The position numbers were made by a program, and so were the translations under genes. From contig JAGQMY010000006.1 in assembly GCA_020428465.1 (NCBI GenBank), positions 1-62,957 on the forward strand: a stretch of DNA of 62,957 nt. Reading direction: 5' to 3'. This document shows, piece by piece, positions 35,919 to 45,575 of the stretch. Within the stretch, counting starts at the first letter, position 1. Each line of letters opens with the position of its first letter. The stretch is from Candidatus Saccharimonadota bacterium. GTDB lineage: Bacteria > Patescibacteriota > Saccharimonadia > Saccharimonadales > SZUA-47. The notes beneath the pieces were generated by a model that saw only the letters and a list, made by a program, of their open reading frames with translations, did not search any database and had not been told where the DNA came from.

Positions 35919-36589
35919 GCTTTATAGATGTACTTAGGCGAACTTTTCAGTTCAGCTAAGTATGATTCTAGTTTCTCTAGATAATTTTGACGTTCGTCAT
36001 CCATTGCTGTTGTTATACCGGTAGCAATATAAGGTTTTAACACATTCAGACCAGCATGAGCCAGTGTGCTATGTAGTAGTGGATATAAGTGTTGTTCTAC
36101 TGTAGCACCGTGAATTCCTTCAGGAGTGTAGTGTTTATTCGGATCACCTGCACTAACGATTACCAAAACCTGCTTGCCCTTTAGTAAGCCTTTTGAATAG
36201 CGATGATCACTATCCCATGCTACTCCTAGAGCAAAAACCTTATCAAACCAGCCCTTGAGAACTGCTGGTGGTGCACTCCACCAAAGCGGAAACTCCACTA
36301 AAATTAAATCTGCTTGCCTTAGCTTTGTAATTTCTTCTTTAATGTCCTCGGCAAAGGCATTCATGTCGCCAATATCGGTAATTCTCTTTTGTTCCTGAAG
36401 GTAGTTCTGATGAGGACCGCCACTAGTTTTAAAATCCCACTTAGCGGCTACAGCCTGAAATCCTGAGGCATATAAATCACTAACAACAGTAGTGTGACCT
36501 TCCCTCTCAAAATAACTTAATGCTCTATTGTGCATAGCCGCACCAAAAGATATTGGGTCTTCGTGAGCATAAACGAATAATATATTCAT
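35915..36589 (-). CDS. flavodoxin-like NAD(P)H dehydrogenase (quinone) family protein
   Basis: MNILFVYAHEDPISF, FPLWWSAPPAVLKGWFDKV are typical of the Flavodoxin_2/NQO1-like family. The ORF-track start at 36607 is TTG. Confidence 0.75.
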   Translation of the reverse strand: MNILFVYAHEDPISFGAAMHNRALSYFEREGHTTVVSDLYASGFQAVAAKWDFKTSGGPHQNYLQEQKRITDIGDMNAFAEDIKEEITKLRQADLILVEFPLWWSAPPAVLKGWFDKVFALGVAWDSDHRYSKGLLKGKQVLVIVSAGDPNKHYTPEGIHGATVEQHLYPLLHSTLAHAGLNVLKPYIATGITTAMDDERQNYLEKLESYLAELKSSPKYIYKA

Positions 36590-36609
36590 GAGTGTATTAT
36601 CGCACAACC

Positions 36610-37056
36610 TTAAGCATGGTGATAAGGGTGATTTTCGTGAATTGCATATGCACGATAAATTTGTTCAGCGAGCATTAATCTAACAATTTGATGTGGAAAG
36701 ACTAACTTTCCTAGCGACCAAACTATATCTGACTTATTTCTGACCGCATTAGTAACTCCGTAGGCCCCACCTATAACAAATGTAATGTCGCCTCCAGTAA
36801 ATAGCATTTTTGAAAACTGAGTTGATGAAAATTGTTCACCTTTTTCGTCCAATAAAATTACCCTACTATTATTTGGCAAGTTTCTCAGAATCAACTCAGC
36901 CTCTTGTTGTTTACTTTGCTCATTAGACCCATGACCGTGTTTAATATACAGCCATGAGAGTTTAATATTTTTTGGTAAACGACCAGTGAACTCATTTATT
37001 AATGAGCTCGATGCTGGTTTAGATTTATCACCGACTGAAATAATTAAAACTTTCAT
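36610..37056 (-). CDS. rlmH: 23S rRNA (pseudouridine1915-N3)-methyltransferase
   Basis: SPOUT fold with typical RlmH size, the FVIGGAYG motif and an HPYH C-terminus. Confidence 0.8.
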   Translation of the reverse strand: MKVLIISVGDKSKPASSSLINEFTGRLPKNIKLSWLYIKHGHGSNEQSKQQEAELILRNLPNNSRVILLDEKGEQFSSTQFSKMLFTGGDITFVIGGAYGVTNAVRNKSDIVWSLGKLVFPHQIVRLMLAEQIYRAYAIHENHPYHHA

Positions 37057-37091
37057 TAATTATAATTTTAACAGATAAAAAAGTTGTAATT

Positions 37092-37118
37092 TTAGCACTC
37101 CCCACAAGGTATTGCTAA
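37092..37118. promoter_or_regulatory. half-degenerate CIRCE-like inverted repeat overlapping a candidate promoter
   Basis: TTAGCACTC, 9-nt spacer, TATTGCTAA. The left arm is perfect and the right arm matches 6/9. TTGCTA-17-TATCAT follows and overlaps it. Confidence 0.3.
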
Positions 37119-37190
37119 TAAACTTCAGTTGGTGTATCATACTTTGACGAACGCTACTCAGGCTATAAAAAGCCGGTACAAGGAGGGAAA

Positions 37191-37634
37191 ATGTATTCAG
37201 CAGCAGTTAATGCACATATACGCGAACTAATTGAACAAGTAATGGAATACCGCGATCAAGGTCAGTGGACTAAACTTGAACAATTATTCACTGAAACGCC
37301 TTATATTGATGAAAGTATGTTTAATAAAGAAGCACCAGGTAAAAAACCTACACCTAGTGTTCTTTATGGATGGCGACGAATGATTAGAGATCTATATTAC
37401 AGCGCTAAGCATAAATTAGGTGCGATGGATATCGAGAGAACAGGCAAAAAAGAAGTGGCAGCAACTACAGAGGTAGAAGCACGTTATTATACGCTTAAGG
37501 AAGGCCAGCGATATGTTCACAGGATGGATGGAGTCTATGAGTACAATTTTCGTAAAGTCGCAGGTCGATGGAAAATCGATAGCTTAAAACTAAAGGTTAA
37601 TAAACAGTCTTTTGAGCCAGTTGGCGTAAGATAA
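37191..37634 (+). CDS. SnoaL/NTF2-like fold protein
   Basis: 147 aa. N-terminal helix plus a C-terminal RWKI beta-strand pattern typical of SnoaL_4-like proteins. GGAGGG SD. Confidence 0.45.
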   Translation: MYSAAVNAHIRELIEQVMEYRDQGQWTKLEQLFTETPYIDESMFNKEAPGKKPTPSVLYGWRRMIRDLYYSAKHKLGAMDIERTGKKEVAATTEVEARYYTLKEGQRYVHRMDGVYEYNFRKVAGRWKIDSLKLKVNKQSFEPVGVR

Positions 37635-37688
37635 GTTTTATATAATCCTTGGTAAATCTATCGACTAGTGAATAATCAAAAAATTAAG

Positions 37689-38345
37689 TTATCTGATTTT
37701 TTCTTTTAGTTGATATTCACGAATTGATGTTTCAAGCTGGTCGGCAGTGTCTACAATTCTATCTGGTGGGGTATCTTCTAGACCAATACGTCCTCCAACT
37801 CCCCAAGTGACGCCAATTACCTTGATGCCGGCTTTGTAGCACGCCGTTACATCGCGAGGTTCATCGCCCACATAAACTACCCTATGAGCTTCAAGCTTAT
37901 GACGTTTAATTATTTTGCGAAGTGCCTTTTCTTTGCCAAATAGAGTCTTCTCACTGACTATAAAGTCAAATACCGGGAAATTGTTATTCTTAAAAAATTC
38001 ATTAACCAAAGCTGCATTATTTGAAGTTAAAACACCAATTGAGATTCCGGCTTTTTGTAGGTTTTTCAGCATATTTACAACCCCCGGATATGGAGGTACC
38101 TCAGCCATATGTTGCTTCATTTCTTTACTAACAAATAGCACAAGCCTTGGTAAAACGGTCCACCTTATTTTGGCTTTCTTCATGGCTTTTTTATAGCCAA
38201 GTTTTCTATAAGCATCTAAGTCTGTTAGATCTACTGGGATAGCTCCAAATTCGTGAGCATGATTATTATAAATCTTACCAACTAACTCAATCGTGTTCGC
38301 AAGCGTACCATCGAAATCAAATATTACTGTAAGTTTATCTTCCAT
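37689..38345 (-). CDS. HAD-superfamily hydrolase (phosphoglycolate phosphatase-like)
   Basis: Motif I FDFDGTLANT, motif IV YVGDEPRDV. Confidence 0.8.
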   Translation of the reverse strand: MEDKLTVIFDFDGTLANTIELVGKIYNNHAHEFGAIPVDLTDLDAYRKLGYKKAMKKAKIRWTVLPRLVLFVSKEMKQHMAEVPPYPGVVNMLKNLQKAGISIGVLTSNNAALVNEFFKNNNFPVFDFIVSEKTLFGKEKALRKIIKRHKLEAHRVVYVGDEPRDVTACYKAGIKVIGVTWGVGGRIGLEDTPPDRIVDTADQLETSIREYQLKEKIR

Positions 38346-38396
38346 TGATTAAAGTATAGCCTAAACAATAGTGAAAACTGAACTATTTGATAGGAG

Positions 38397-39200
38397 TTAT
38401 TTGCTTTTTGGCAATGGGATAAGTACACTCGTTGAATTCTTGTAGTGCAAATAGTTCTTGTCACTACCCCACTTTTTGTCTGCTGCTTTTTCAAGAAGTG
38501 GAATCCCACTAATAAATAAAAGCATGGATGTTATAAATAAAGGACTAGCTAGTGCTATATAAACTTCTGGGGAATCAATCCAGTGCGCAACCGATAAGTA
38601 AACGCCCAACCACATTAGGATTTCGCCAAAATAATTAGGGTGTCTCGAATAAGCCCATAAACCTGAATCTATCCATTTGTTTTTATTAGCTGGATTCTTA
38701 ATAAATTCAAATTTTTGTTTATCTGCAAGTGCTTCGATCAAAATACCAAAAGCCGAAATAAGAAGTCCAAGAATTACCATTGATGAAATTTTTGTGTTAC
38801 CAGTTGCACTAGATAATAGGACAGACGGCAACATCACGACCCAGACTGTTATTGCCTGTAGTAACCAAAATCGAAGAAATTTCCAAAAGTATTCTCGCAT
38901 GCCATCAAATCTTTTATCACGACCCATGAAATTTATTCTAATTAATAAATACGTACCTAGCCTTATGGCCCAAATTACGATTATTGAATTAACCAGGATT
39001 CGCACACTGTCCAACTTTGTGGCCGTAATAGTGTTATAGATAACTATACCTATGAACGTTAAAGCGTATGATATATCAGTAAGTTTGTCTGTTTTATTAC
39101 GAAAAGCAATTAAAAACATTACCAAATTTAGAACTAGTGCGAAAATTAATGCAAATAACATATTTTTATTATACATTCGCTTAACTAAACTTTTAATCAT
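38397..39200 (-). CDS. DUF1295 / steroid 5-alpha-reductase-like membrane protein
   Basis: YSRHPNYFGEILMWLG motif. Multi-TM. The ORF-track start at 39209 is TTG; an ATG lies at 39200. Confidence 0.7.
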   Translation of the reverse strand: MIKSLVKRMYNKNMLFALIFALVLNLVMFLIAFRNKTDKLTDISYALTFIGIVIYNTITATKLDSVRILVNSIIVIWAIRLGTYLLIRINFMGRDKRFDGMREYFWKFLRFWLLQAITVWVVMLPSVLLSSATGNTKISSMVILGLLISAFGILIEALADKQKFEFIKNPANKNKWIDSGLWAYSRHPNYFGEILMWLGVYLSVAHWIDSPEVYIALASPLFITSMLLFISGIPLLEKAADKKWGSDKNYLHYKNSTSVLIPLPKSK

Positions 39201-39310
39201 TAATAACAAGTCAAATTTAAGCTATGCCCTTAATGCAAACATGCCTAAGATGTTTTGTCTGATTTCAGAGTAAATATACCGTGATAAACAGGAAATATTA
39301 GTTTTGCTCA

Positions 39311-39485
39311 AGAGGGAGGGATTCGGTCACCTTCGGCGACCCCCGAACTTCATTCTTGGCAACAAGTTGCCAGAAGAAGATTCGCTTCCGAACTGCCACC
39401 GGCAGTTCTCACCCTATCGGGTTCGAATTCGCAATTCACAATCCTTCATAGCTCACCCGTTGTTAACGGGATGAGCGACGAAGGA
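39311..39485 (-). repeat. tRNA-3'-flank structured element: terminator-like hairpin, inverted T-arm-like piece, 68-nt two-hairpin core, and a 15-nt copy of the tRNA-Ser(UGA) 3' part
   Basis: 39311-39325 (agagggagggattcg) equals 39492-39506 inside the tRNA. The core 39341-39408 is 55/68 identical to the reverse complement of 60092-60159. Confidence 0.75.
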
Positions 39486-39575
39486 TGGCGGAGAGGGAGG
39501 GATTCGAACCCTCGAGACCCTTGCGGACCTGCCAGTTTTCAAGACTAGTGCACTAAACCACTATGCGACCTCTCC
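39486..39575 (-). tRNA. tRNA-Ser(UGA), CCA encoded
   Basis: Manual fold: acceptor GGAGAGG, anticodon loop CUUGAAA, long variable arm, T arm GAGGG-TTCGAAT-CCCTC. Confidence 0.9.
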
Positions 39576-39615
39576 AATTCTGGAGAATTATAACAGAGAT
39601 AGATGACAAAATAAA

Positions 39616-39705
39616 TGGCGGAAGATGTGGGATTTGAACCCACGATGGAGTTGCCCCCAAACCGCCTTTCCAAGGCGGCGCCATAGACCACTAGGCGAAT
39701 CTTCC
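39616..39705 (-). tRNA. tRNA-Ser(GGA), CCA encoded
   Basis: Manual fold: acceptor GGAAGAT, anticodon stem CCGCC/GGCGG, loop UUGGAAA, long variable arm, T arm GTGGG-TTCAAAT-CCCAC. Confidence 0.9.
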
Positions 39706-39835
39706 TTATGAAAGCTATTTTAACAAAGTATCGAGCAACTACCGACATGGTTATGGTGTATGAAAGATTTTTTTTAATTTCTTATGCTTGTGTATTTATA
39801 AATAACAGATGTAAAATAAGAGTAAAGATTAATTT

Positions 39836-40699
39836 ATGACAAGCAAATCACCACTAATCAGTATTGAAGAAGTGTCCAAAGTTTATGGCTTTGGTGATGC
39901 TACAACTGTTGCATTAGAAGAAGTCAGTTTAACGATTAATAAAGGTGAATTTATAGCGATTATGGGTCCGAGCGGTTCAGGTAAGACAACACTAATGAAT
40001 ATCATCGGCTTACTCGACAGGCCAACTCACGGAAACTATAAGCTAAATGATAAAAATGTTGCGCGCATCGGTAAAATAAAACAAGCAAAATTACGCAGAG
40101 ATAACATTGGTTTCATATTCCAGTCATTTAACTTGCTCCCTAGATTGACCGTGCTTGAAAATGTAGCCTTACCGCTAGCATATAAAGGAGTTATGCAAAC
40201 CCGTAGGCTTAAAGCTGCTTCAAATGCCCTTGCAGAAGTAGGATTAAAAGACAGAGAATACTACCTACCAAGCCAACTTTCTGGCGGGCAATTACAAAGG
40301 GCAGCTATCGCTAGGGCTTTAGTAAACGGTCCAAGCATAATAATTGCCGATGAACCAACTGGTAATCTCGATAGCGTTTCAGCAAGGGTAGTGATGGAAC
40401 TATTAAGTGATATCCATAAATTAGGAAATACTGTCTTGATGGTAACTCATAACCCTTCCCTAACCAGATACGCGGATCGGATTATATATATGCTAGATGG
40501 GAGCATTGTTTATGATGAGGCTACAGCTGTTGGTGAAATACCTAAACGCGTACAGAATGCCGTCAACTCACTTCGTAGCTCGGATGAAGAAGAAAAGTTA
40601 GCTAATGTGAGCGCACTAATGGAAACAATGCCCGGACCAGATAAGGAAAAGCCAAAAGCAAAAAAGAAAAAATCCAAAAAACGAGGTAAGAAGAAATGA
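39836..40699 (+). CDS. ABC transporter ATP-binding protein (MacB/LolD/FtsE-like) with a Lys-rich tail
   Basis: Walker A GPSGSGKTT, signature LSGGQLQR, Walker B IIIADEPT. Confidence 0.9.
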   Translation: MTSKSPLISIEEVSKVYGFGDATTVALEEVSLTINKGEFIAIMGPSGSGKTTLMNIIGLLDRPTHGNYKLNDKNVARIGKIKQAKLRRDNIGFIFQSFNLLPRLTVLENVALPLAYKGVMQTRRLKAASNALAEVGLKDREYYLPSQLSGGQLQRAAIARALVNGPSIIIADEPTGNLDSVSARVVMELLSDIHKLGNTVLMVTHNPSLTRYADRIIYMLDGSIVYDEATAVGEIPKRVQNAVNSLRSSDEEEKLANVSALMETMPGPDKEKPKAKKKKSKKRGKKK

Positions 40700-41913
40700 T
40701 TACTGAATATTTCAAAATGGCATTATCGTCTATTCGGGGCGCGAAATTCAGAAGCTTACTTACGATGTTTGGCATTATAATCGGCGTAAGTTCTGTAGTT
40801 ACGATTGTCAGTCTCGGCGAAGGAGTTAAGCATCAAGTAGCTTCTAAGGTTGATGAGGTATCTGATTCCTTGGTTGTTATCCGTCCCGGTAAGAAAACAG
40901 AGGCCAAGGCATTTAACCTCGACTCACTCCGAACATTTATCGGCAACACTGGTTCACTGAGCGAAAAAGATTGGCGCGATACCGAGAAAGTTACAGGAGT
41001 TAAATCGGTTGTACCTATAGGGATTGTGAGCGGGATAGTTACATATGACAGTCAAGAATACCTGGATGGAAATATCATTGCTACGACAAAAGATTTACCT
41101 TCATTATTAAATCAAAAGCTGGCGTTCGGAGAATTTTTCGATGAATCACAATATACCCGTAATGTAGCGATAATTGGTGTAGACATAGCTGAAAAGCTTT
41201 TTCAAGAGAATGTGCCGATCGGAAAAAGCTTAAATATTCGCGGTAAAGACTTTATTGTCCAAGGTGTGTTTGAACAGCAAAAATCAGCAACATTTGCCGA
41301 GCTTAATCTTAATAACTCGATTCTGATTCCTTATGATGCTGCCAGACAAATAGGCGGGACGATTCAGTTGATGCAACTCTATGTAGAGGCAGAAAGTCCT
41401 GAGAAAATTTCTGATGTTGCAAAGAATATAACTTCGACTTTAACCAAAAACCACGCCGGTCAGGAGGATTTCACAATCCAAGGCAAAGAAGAGGCTCTTA
41501 AAACTACCAATGCGGTTTTCTACCAAATAACACTTTTTATTGCTGGCGTGGCATTCATCTCATTCATAGTCGGTGGTATTGGGATCATGAACATTATGTT
41601 TGCTACGGTTAGTGAAAGAACGCGTGAAATCGGTATTAGAAAAGCCATCGGCGCAACAAATGCTCAGATTCTCGGACAATTTATTATGGAATCGGCCGTT
41701 CTTAGTTTTGTTGGTGGTTTTATCGGAGTGTTATTTGCGCTCATAGCGAATGCTATTTTCAGAGTAACGACAGATTTACAGCCAGTTACCACTTTGAATA
41801 TTGTGTTGATAGCAGTAGGGTTGTCATCTTTTACAGGAATTGTGTCTGGTCTACTGCCTGCTGCTAAAGCTGCTCGCAAAGACCCAATAGCTTCACTACG
41901 AAGCGAACTTTAG
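40696..41913 (+). CDS. ABC transporter permease, FtsX/MacB family
   Basis: N-terminal TM, large periplasmic-type domain, and a C-terminal three-TM FtsX domain (ERTREIGIRKAIGA). Confidence 0.85.
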   Translation: MITEYFKMALSSIRGAKFRSLLTMFGIIIGVSSVVTIVSLGEGVKHQVASKVDEVSDSLVVIRPGKKTEAKAFNLDSLRTFIGNTGSLSEKDWRDTEKVTGVKSVVPIGIVSGIVTYDSQEYLDGNIIATTKDLPSLLNQKLAFGEFFDESQYTRNVAIIGVDIAEKLFQENVPIGKSLNIRGKDFIVQGVFEQQKSATFAELNLNNSILIPYDAARQIGGTIQLMQLYVEAESPEKISDVAKNITSTLTKNHAGQEDFTIQGKEEALKTTNAVFYQITLFIAGVAFISFIVGGIGIMNIMFATVSERTREIGIRKAIGATNAQILGQFIMESAVLSFVGGFIGVLFALIANAIFRVTTDLQPVTTLNIVLIAVGLSSFTGIVSGLLPAAKAARKDPIASLRSEL

Positions 41914-41957
41914 CACTTGATGCGTCATACATAATACGTGATACTAAATAGACACAC

Positions 41958-42560
41958 ATGACATTAAGAAGATTCAATAATTTACTCTCAATCTTGGTCA
42001 TTATGCTTGGTGTGTATATCGCGATTTCCCCATTCATACCAGAGATAACTTATAAATTCCGTGATAAAAGCCCCGAACATGTTGCACCCTATAGCGGTGA
42101 ACTGGCAAAGGAATATGGTAGCAGAACAGAAGTTTCACCTCCGACAGAAAATAGATTAGTTATACCTTCTATAGGTTTAAATGAGATTATCAAAGAAGGT
42201 AATTACATCAATGTAATCAAGGATGGTGGTACGTGGCATCGACCCAATACTGTCACACCAGATCAATCAGGTAATTCTGTTATAGTCGGTCATCGATTCT
42301 ATGGAAGTAATCTTTCAACTTTTTATAATCTCGATAAAGTTGTAGCTGGTGACAAATTAGCGATTTATTGGGATGGGGTTGAGTTATTATATGAAGTCTT
42401 TGAGGTGAAGGTAGTCGATCCTACGGCGGTAGAGATCGAGTCTCCAACAGCTACAAGACAACTCACACTCTGTACTTGCCACCCGTTGTGGACATCTTCT
42501 CAGAGGCTCGTTGTTATAGCTAGACCAGTAAATTTGGAGGAAAACGTCAATGCTGAATAG
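41958..42560 (+). CDS. sortase family transpeptidase
   Basis: N-terminal TM anchor, catalytic His context VIVGHRF, and the TLCTCHP (TLxTC) active-site motif. Confidence 0.8.
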   Translation: MTLRRFNNLLSILVIMLGVYIAISPFIPEITYKFRDKSPEHVAPYSGELAKEYGSRTEVSPPTENRLVIPSIGLNEIIKEGNYINVIKDGGTWHRPNTVTPDQSGNSVIVGHRFYGSNLSTFYNLDKVVAGDKLAIYWDGVELLYEVFEVKVVDPTAVEIESPTATRQLTLCTCHPLWTSSQRLVVIARPVNLEENVNAE

Positions 42561-42704
42561 AACTAAGTCGATTCTTAACAAACTTTTCAGTTGGAGAATT
42601 TCTGAAAGACAACGAACCGTAATATTAATATTACTTTTAATTTTCGCTGTTGGGTTTATATATTGGACTAAGCATAACTATTCAGCAAACTTCGTTGATA
42701 GTTT

Positions 42705-43145
42705 TTAAGATTCGCCACGTTCTTTTTTGCGCTGTTCTGGTGTTTCATCAGGTCTAGAATAATCATCTTCGAGTCGCCATGTAGTTCCGAGTTCGGGAGT
42801 TGAAACTTCGATAATGTCACAATCTGTAATTCCCTTTAAGCGATGTTTTTGACCAACTTTTGTCGTATAACCCATCCCAGATTCTAGCTTAGTTTCTATA
42901 AGCTCACCCCTGTTATTTTCCCATATAACAGCAGCTTCGCCATTTATTAAAAACCAACTTTCGCTTTTTTCGTCATGTATTTGCAGGCTTAGTCTGGATC
43001 CTGAATTAATATGTAGCACTTTCCCCATGTATGGAGCGTCTTCTGGTACCCAGTGCAGCTCATAACCCCAAGGTTTTTCGACACGTTTTACATATGAATC
43101 ATTGCTGAAATTCGTTGGATCAAATTTTGGTGCATCCTGACTCAT
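42705..43145 (-). CDS. cupin-domain protein, type II phosphomannose isomerase-like
   Basis: KPWGYE..GSRLSLQIHDEKSESWFLINGEA..HRL..IIEVSTPE matches the PMI type II cupin pattern. Confidence 0.7.
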   Translation of the reverse strand: MSQDAPKFDPTNFSNDSYVKRVEKPWGYELHWVPEDAPYMGKVLHINSGSRLSLQIHDEKSESWFLINGEAAVIWENNRGELIETKLESGMGYTTKVGQKHRLKGITDCDIIEVSTPELGTTWRLEDDYSRPDETPEQRKKERGES

Positions 43146-44188
43146 GCTGGATGTCCTAGCTCATTTTTAAATCGCTCAATAATATCATCATCACCCATAT
43201 CTATTGGGCTAGTTCCGTTAATTAAGGCAGTATACACGCTTACAAAATCACCTAGCGTGACGGCCCAGAGTAACTGCTCCAATCTTGTTTCGCCTCCAAC
43301 TTCAATGCGATGAGGCGAAGGCCAGCGTCCACTCAACAATTTATCACTCAGCTCAAAACGCTTTTTAATCCTATCATTGTCGTATGATGAAAGTAGGTAA
43401 AATATTTGATAAGGCTTTTCTACTGGATGTGATGTCCAACCGGTAAATTCATTGTGATTAAACTCGGGGAAACTATATTCCCAAGCTACGTTTTTTGCAT
43501 TTTCATTAAAGCCTATCTTCCATTTATGTGCTGCTGGTGCGAGTAAAGGACCACTATAAATTACTATCGATTTTCCAGCGCATTCATTGGCTAACTGTTT
43601 AGCTAAATTTTGCGAAGTTGGCACGTCTGCCTTCCAGCCATCAATAGCTGTTTTTACAAACTCACTAGCTCTTTCTAATTCGTTCAGGCAATCTTTCTCG
43701 ACAGTTAAATCAAGTTGCTCGGCTAATTGAACCAAACCTTTCAGGCCATTAAACATTCCGTACCTAGGCGGTCTGACTTTTGGCAACTCTATTAATGGGT
43801 ATCCCTTTTCAATTGCAATTTCAGCAAGTTTTCCGCCCGAAGCTATAACAACCACAAAAGCACCCTTTTCTTCTGCCTGATTAAGGCATGAGATTGTTTC
43901 CTCTGTATTACCAGACACACTTGCGGCAATAAATAAAGTATCCTCATTGACGTACGGAGGAATATCATAGCCTTTAACTATTTCGAAAGGTAATTTAAAA
44001 CCAGGCCAACTAGAGCCGACTATGGCCCATAGAGCAGATCCACCCATTCCGGAATGAACAACATTAGCAAATTTTCTTTTAATTTCCGGCAATTCGTATT
44101 TCTGTAAAAGTTGTTGCCACTGTTTTTCTACGACACCTAATGCATCGTATTTATCTTTTGTGTGAATATATTTTAAGTCATCTAACAT
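43142..44188 (-). CDS. bifunctional phosphoglucose/phosphomannose isomerase (SIS domains)
   Basis: About 348 aa. SIS motif GMGGSA..FIAASVSGNTEET. ATGA coupling with the downstream cupin gene. Confidence 0.75.
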   Translation of the reverse strand: MLDDLKYIHTKDKYDALGVVEKQWQQLLQKYELPEIKRKFANVVHSGMGGSALWAIVGSSWPGFKLPFEIVKGYDIPPYVNEDTLFIAASVSGNTEETISCLNQAEEKGAFVVVIASGGKLAEIAIEKGYPLIELPKVRPPRYGMFNGLKGLVQLAEQLDLTVEKDCLNELERASEFVKTAIDGWKADVPTSQNLAKQLANECAGKSIVIYSGPLLAPAAHKWKIGFNENAKNVAWEYSFPEFNHNEFTGWTSHPVEKPYQIFYLLSSYDNDRIKKRFELSDKLLSGRWPSPHRIEVGGETRLEQLLWAVTLGDFVSVYTALINGTSPIDMGDDDIIERFKNELGHPA

Positions 44189-44357
44189 ATTTTCAGTATA
44201 CCGTATTTAGTATCAAGTATTTTGTATAAATTACTGGCGAAAATTTAGTAAACCATGTAAAATTAGCGTAAGCAATATTTGTCTTTAGACAAGTAAATTG
44301 TAAAATGATAAACGTAAAAAGATAATTGAGGCCGGCTAAGGCCGTCCTGGGGGTGGA

Positions 44358-45035
44358 ATGTTAGGAGTTAATGATAATCAGTCGACATCTGGATCTACAG
44401 GGCATCCGTCGATGCTTGATAACGTTACACCTCAAGATTTTCAAACACAGCCTACTAATGACAACTCGGCCGGGGCTCAGCAAGTACCAGCACCACAACA
44501 ACCAGTGCCACAATATATGAGTACCCAGCCTCAAAACACCGTATATCAAGCACCGGCACAGAGTCAGACATCTCCGTCAGATGTCCCAGATACTTCAGCA
44601 AGCACATCCTTTAATCCTTTTAATCAAGACCCTATTGGCATGTCTTCAACTCCCCAAGAACCCCCAGCCACGGAGAACCAGACTAAAGAAGAACTCATAA
44701 GTGATTTTACAAATGGAACTAGCACGACACCGCTAGATGATGTCGCAGATAGTACATCTACCAGTCAGACTCCGGCAATTGACCTAAATAAACTAGCCAG
44801 CATGAAACAGCAGGCACTAGCACACCTTGAGCCTCTCGCTGATAAATTAGACGGGACTCCAGAAGAAACTTTCCGGACAACTATGATGATGATTCAGGCT
44901 AATGATAATCATCCTTTGCTTGAAAAAGCTCTAGAGGCGGCAAAAAAAATCGAAGATGATAAAGTTCGCGCTCAAGCAATGCTCGACATCATTAACGAGA
45001 TTAATTACTTTTCACAAAACTCAGATAATCTCTAG
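44358..45035 (+). CDS. hypothetical protein with a Q/P/S/T-rich N-terminal half
   Basis: 225-aa ORF with a GGGGGTGGA SD. The C-terminal ~90 aa look helical. No family recognised. Confidence 0.5.
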   Translation: MLGVNDNQSTSGSTGHPSMLDNVTPQDFQTQPTNDNSAGAQQVPAPQQPVPQYMSTQPQNTVYQAPAQSQTSPSDVPDTSASTSFNPFNQDPIGMSSTPQEPPATENQTKEELISDFTNGTSTTPLDDVADSTSTSQTPAIDLNKLASMKQQALAHLEPLADKLDGTPEETFRTTMMMIQANDNHPLLEKALEAAKKIEDDKVRAQAMLDIINEINYFSQNSDNL

Positions 45036-45547
45036 TTAAATAGTTTATTAAAAGCCATTTTTATTTGTTCCGGATAGCCAGGATATGAAAATTCAATTTT
45101 TCCTAAATCGGCAATTTCACAAAACATAGTGCTCTCAACATCATCCAATGCTTTCAGTTTTTCAGGATTGTGTATTTTAGCTGTGAAAACTAAATTCAAT
45201 GTATAAATATCTTCCTTACTAAATCGATAACCATCTCCGTTCCAGCTCGTGCAATAAACTGGAGATGTAAAATCACTAGCCGTTAGACCAAGTTCCTCTT
45301 CAATCTCTCGCAGAAGTCCATTTTCGACTTTTTCACCTAGATTGAGAAATCCACCCGGTAAATCATATTTACCTTTATTAGGTTCAATTCCTCTTTTGGC
45401 GAGAAGAATACGGCCCTTACTGTCAAATAACGCTATCTCCACAGTAGGAGAAGAGTTCAAAAAGTGTTCATTACCACATTTAGAGCAGAGCCAGGGCTGT
45501 TTTCTGCCTTGCACATATTTACCACCACATAAACTACAATATTCCAT
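45032..45547 (-). CDS. NUDIX hydrolase with an N-terminal zinc ribbon (NudC-like architecture)
   Basis: CSLCGG..CSKCGN ribbon and Nudix box GGFLNLGEKVENGLLREIEEELGL. Confidence 0.8.
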   Translation of the reverse strand: MEYCSLCGGKYVQGRKQPWLCSKCGNEHFLNSSPTVEIALFDSKGRILLAKRGIEPNKGKYDLPGGFLNLGEKVENGLLREIEEELGLTASDFTSPVYCTSWNGDGYRFSKEDIYTLNLVFTAKIHNPEKLKALDDVESTMFCEIADLGKIEFSYPGYPEQIKMAFNKLFN

Positions 45548-45575
45548 ATAGTAGAATTATACGACTCTCAAATAA

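Noticed and set aside
39545-39748. 67-aa ORF from the track
   Set aside because: It overlaps two well-folding tRNA-Ser genes on the same strand.
42550-42672. 40-codon ORF (MLNRTKSILNKLFSWRISERQRTVILILLLIFAVGFIILD) overlapping the sortase stop
   Set aside because: It is plausible as a tiny TM protein. Its only support is an ATG and one hydrophobic stretch, which is not enough to call a gene.
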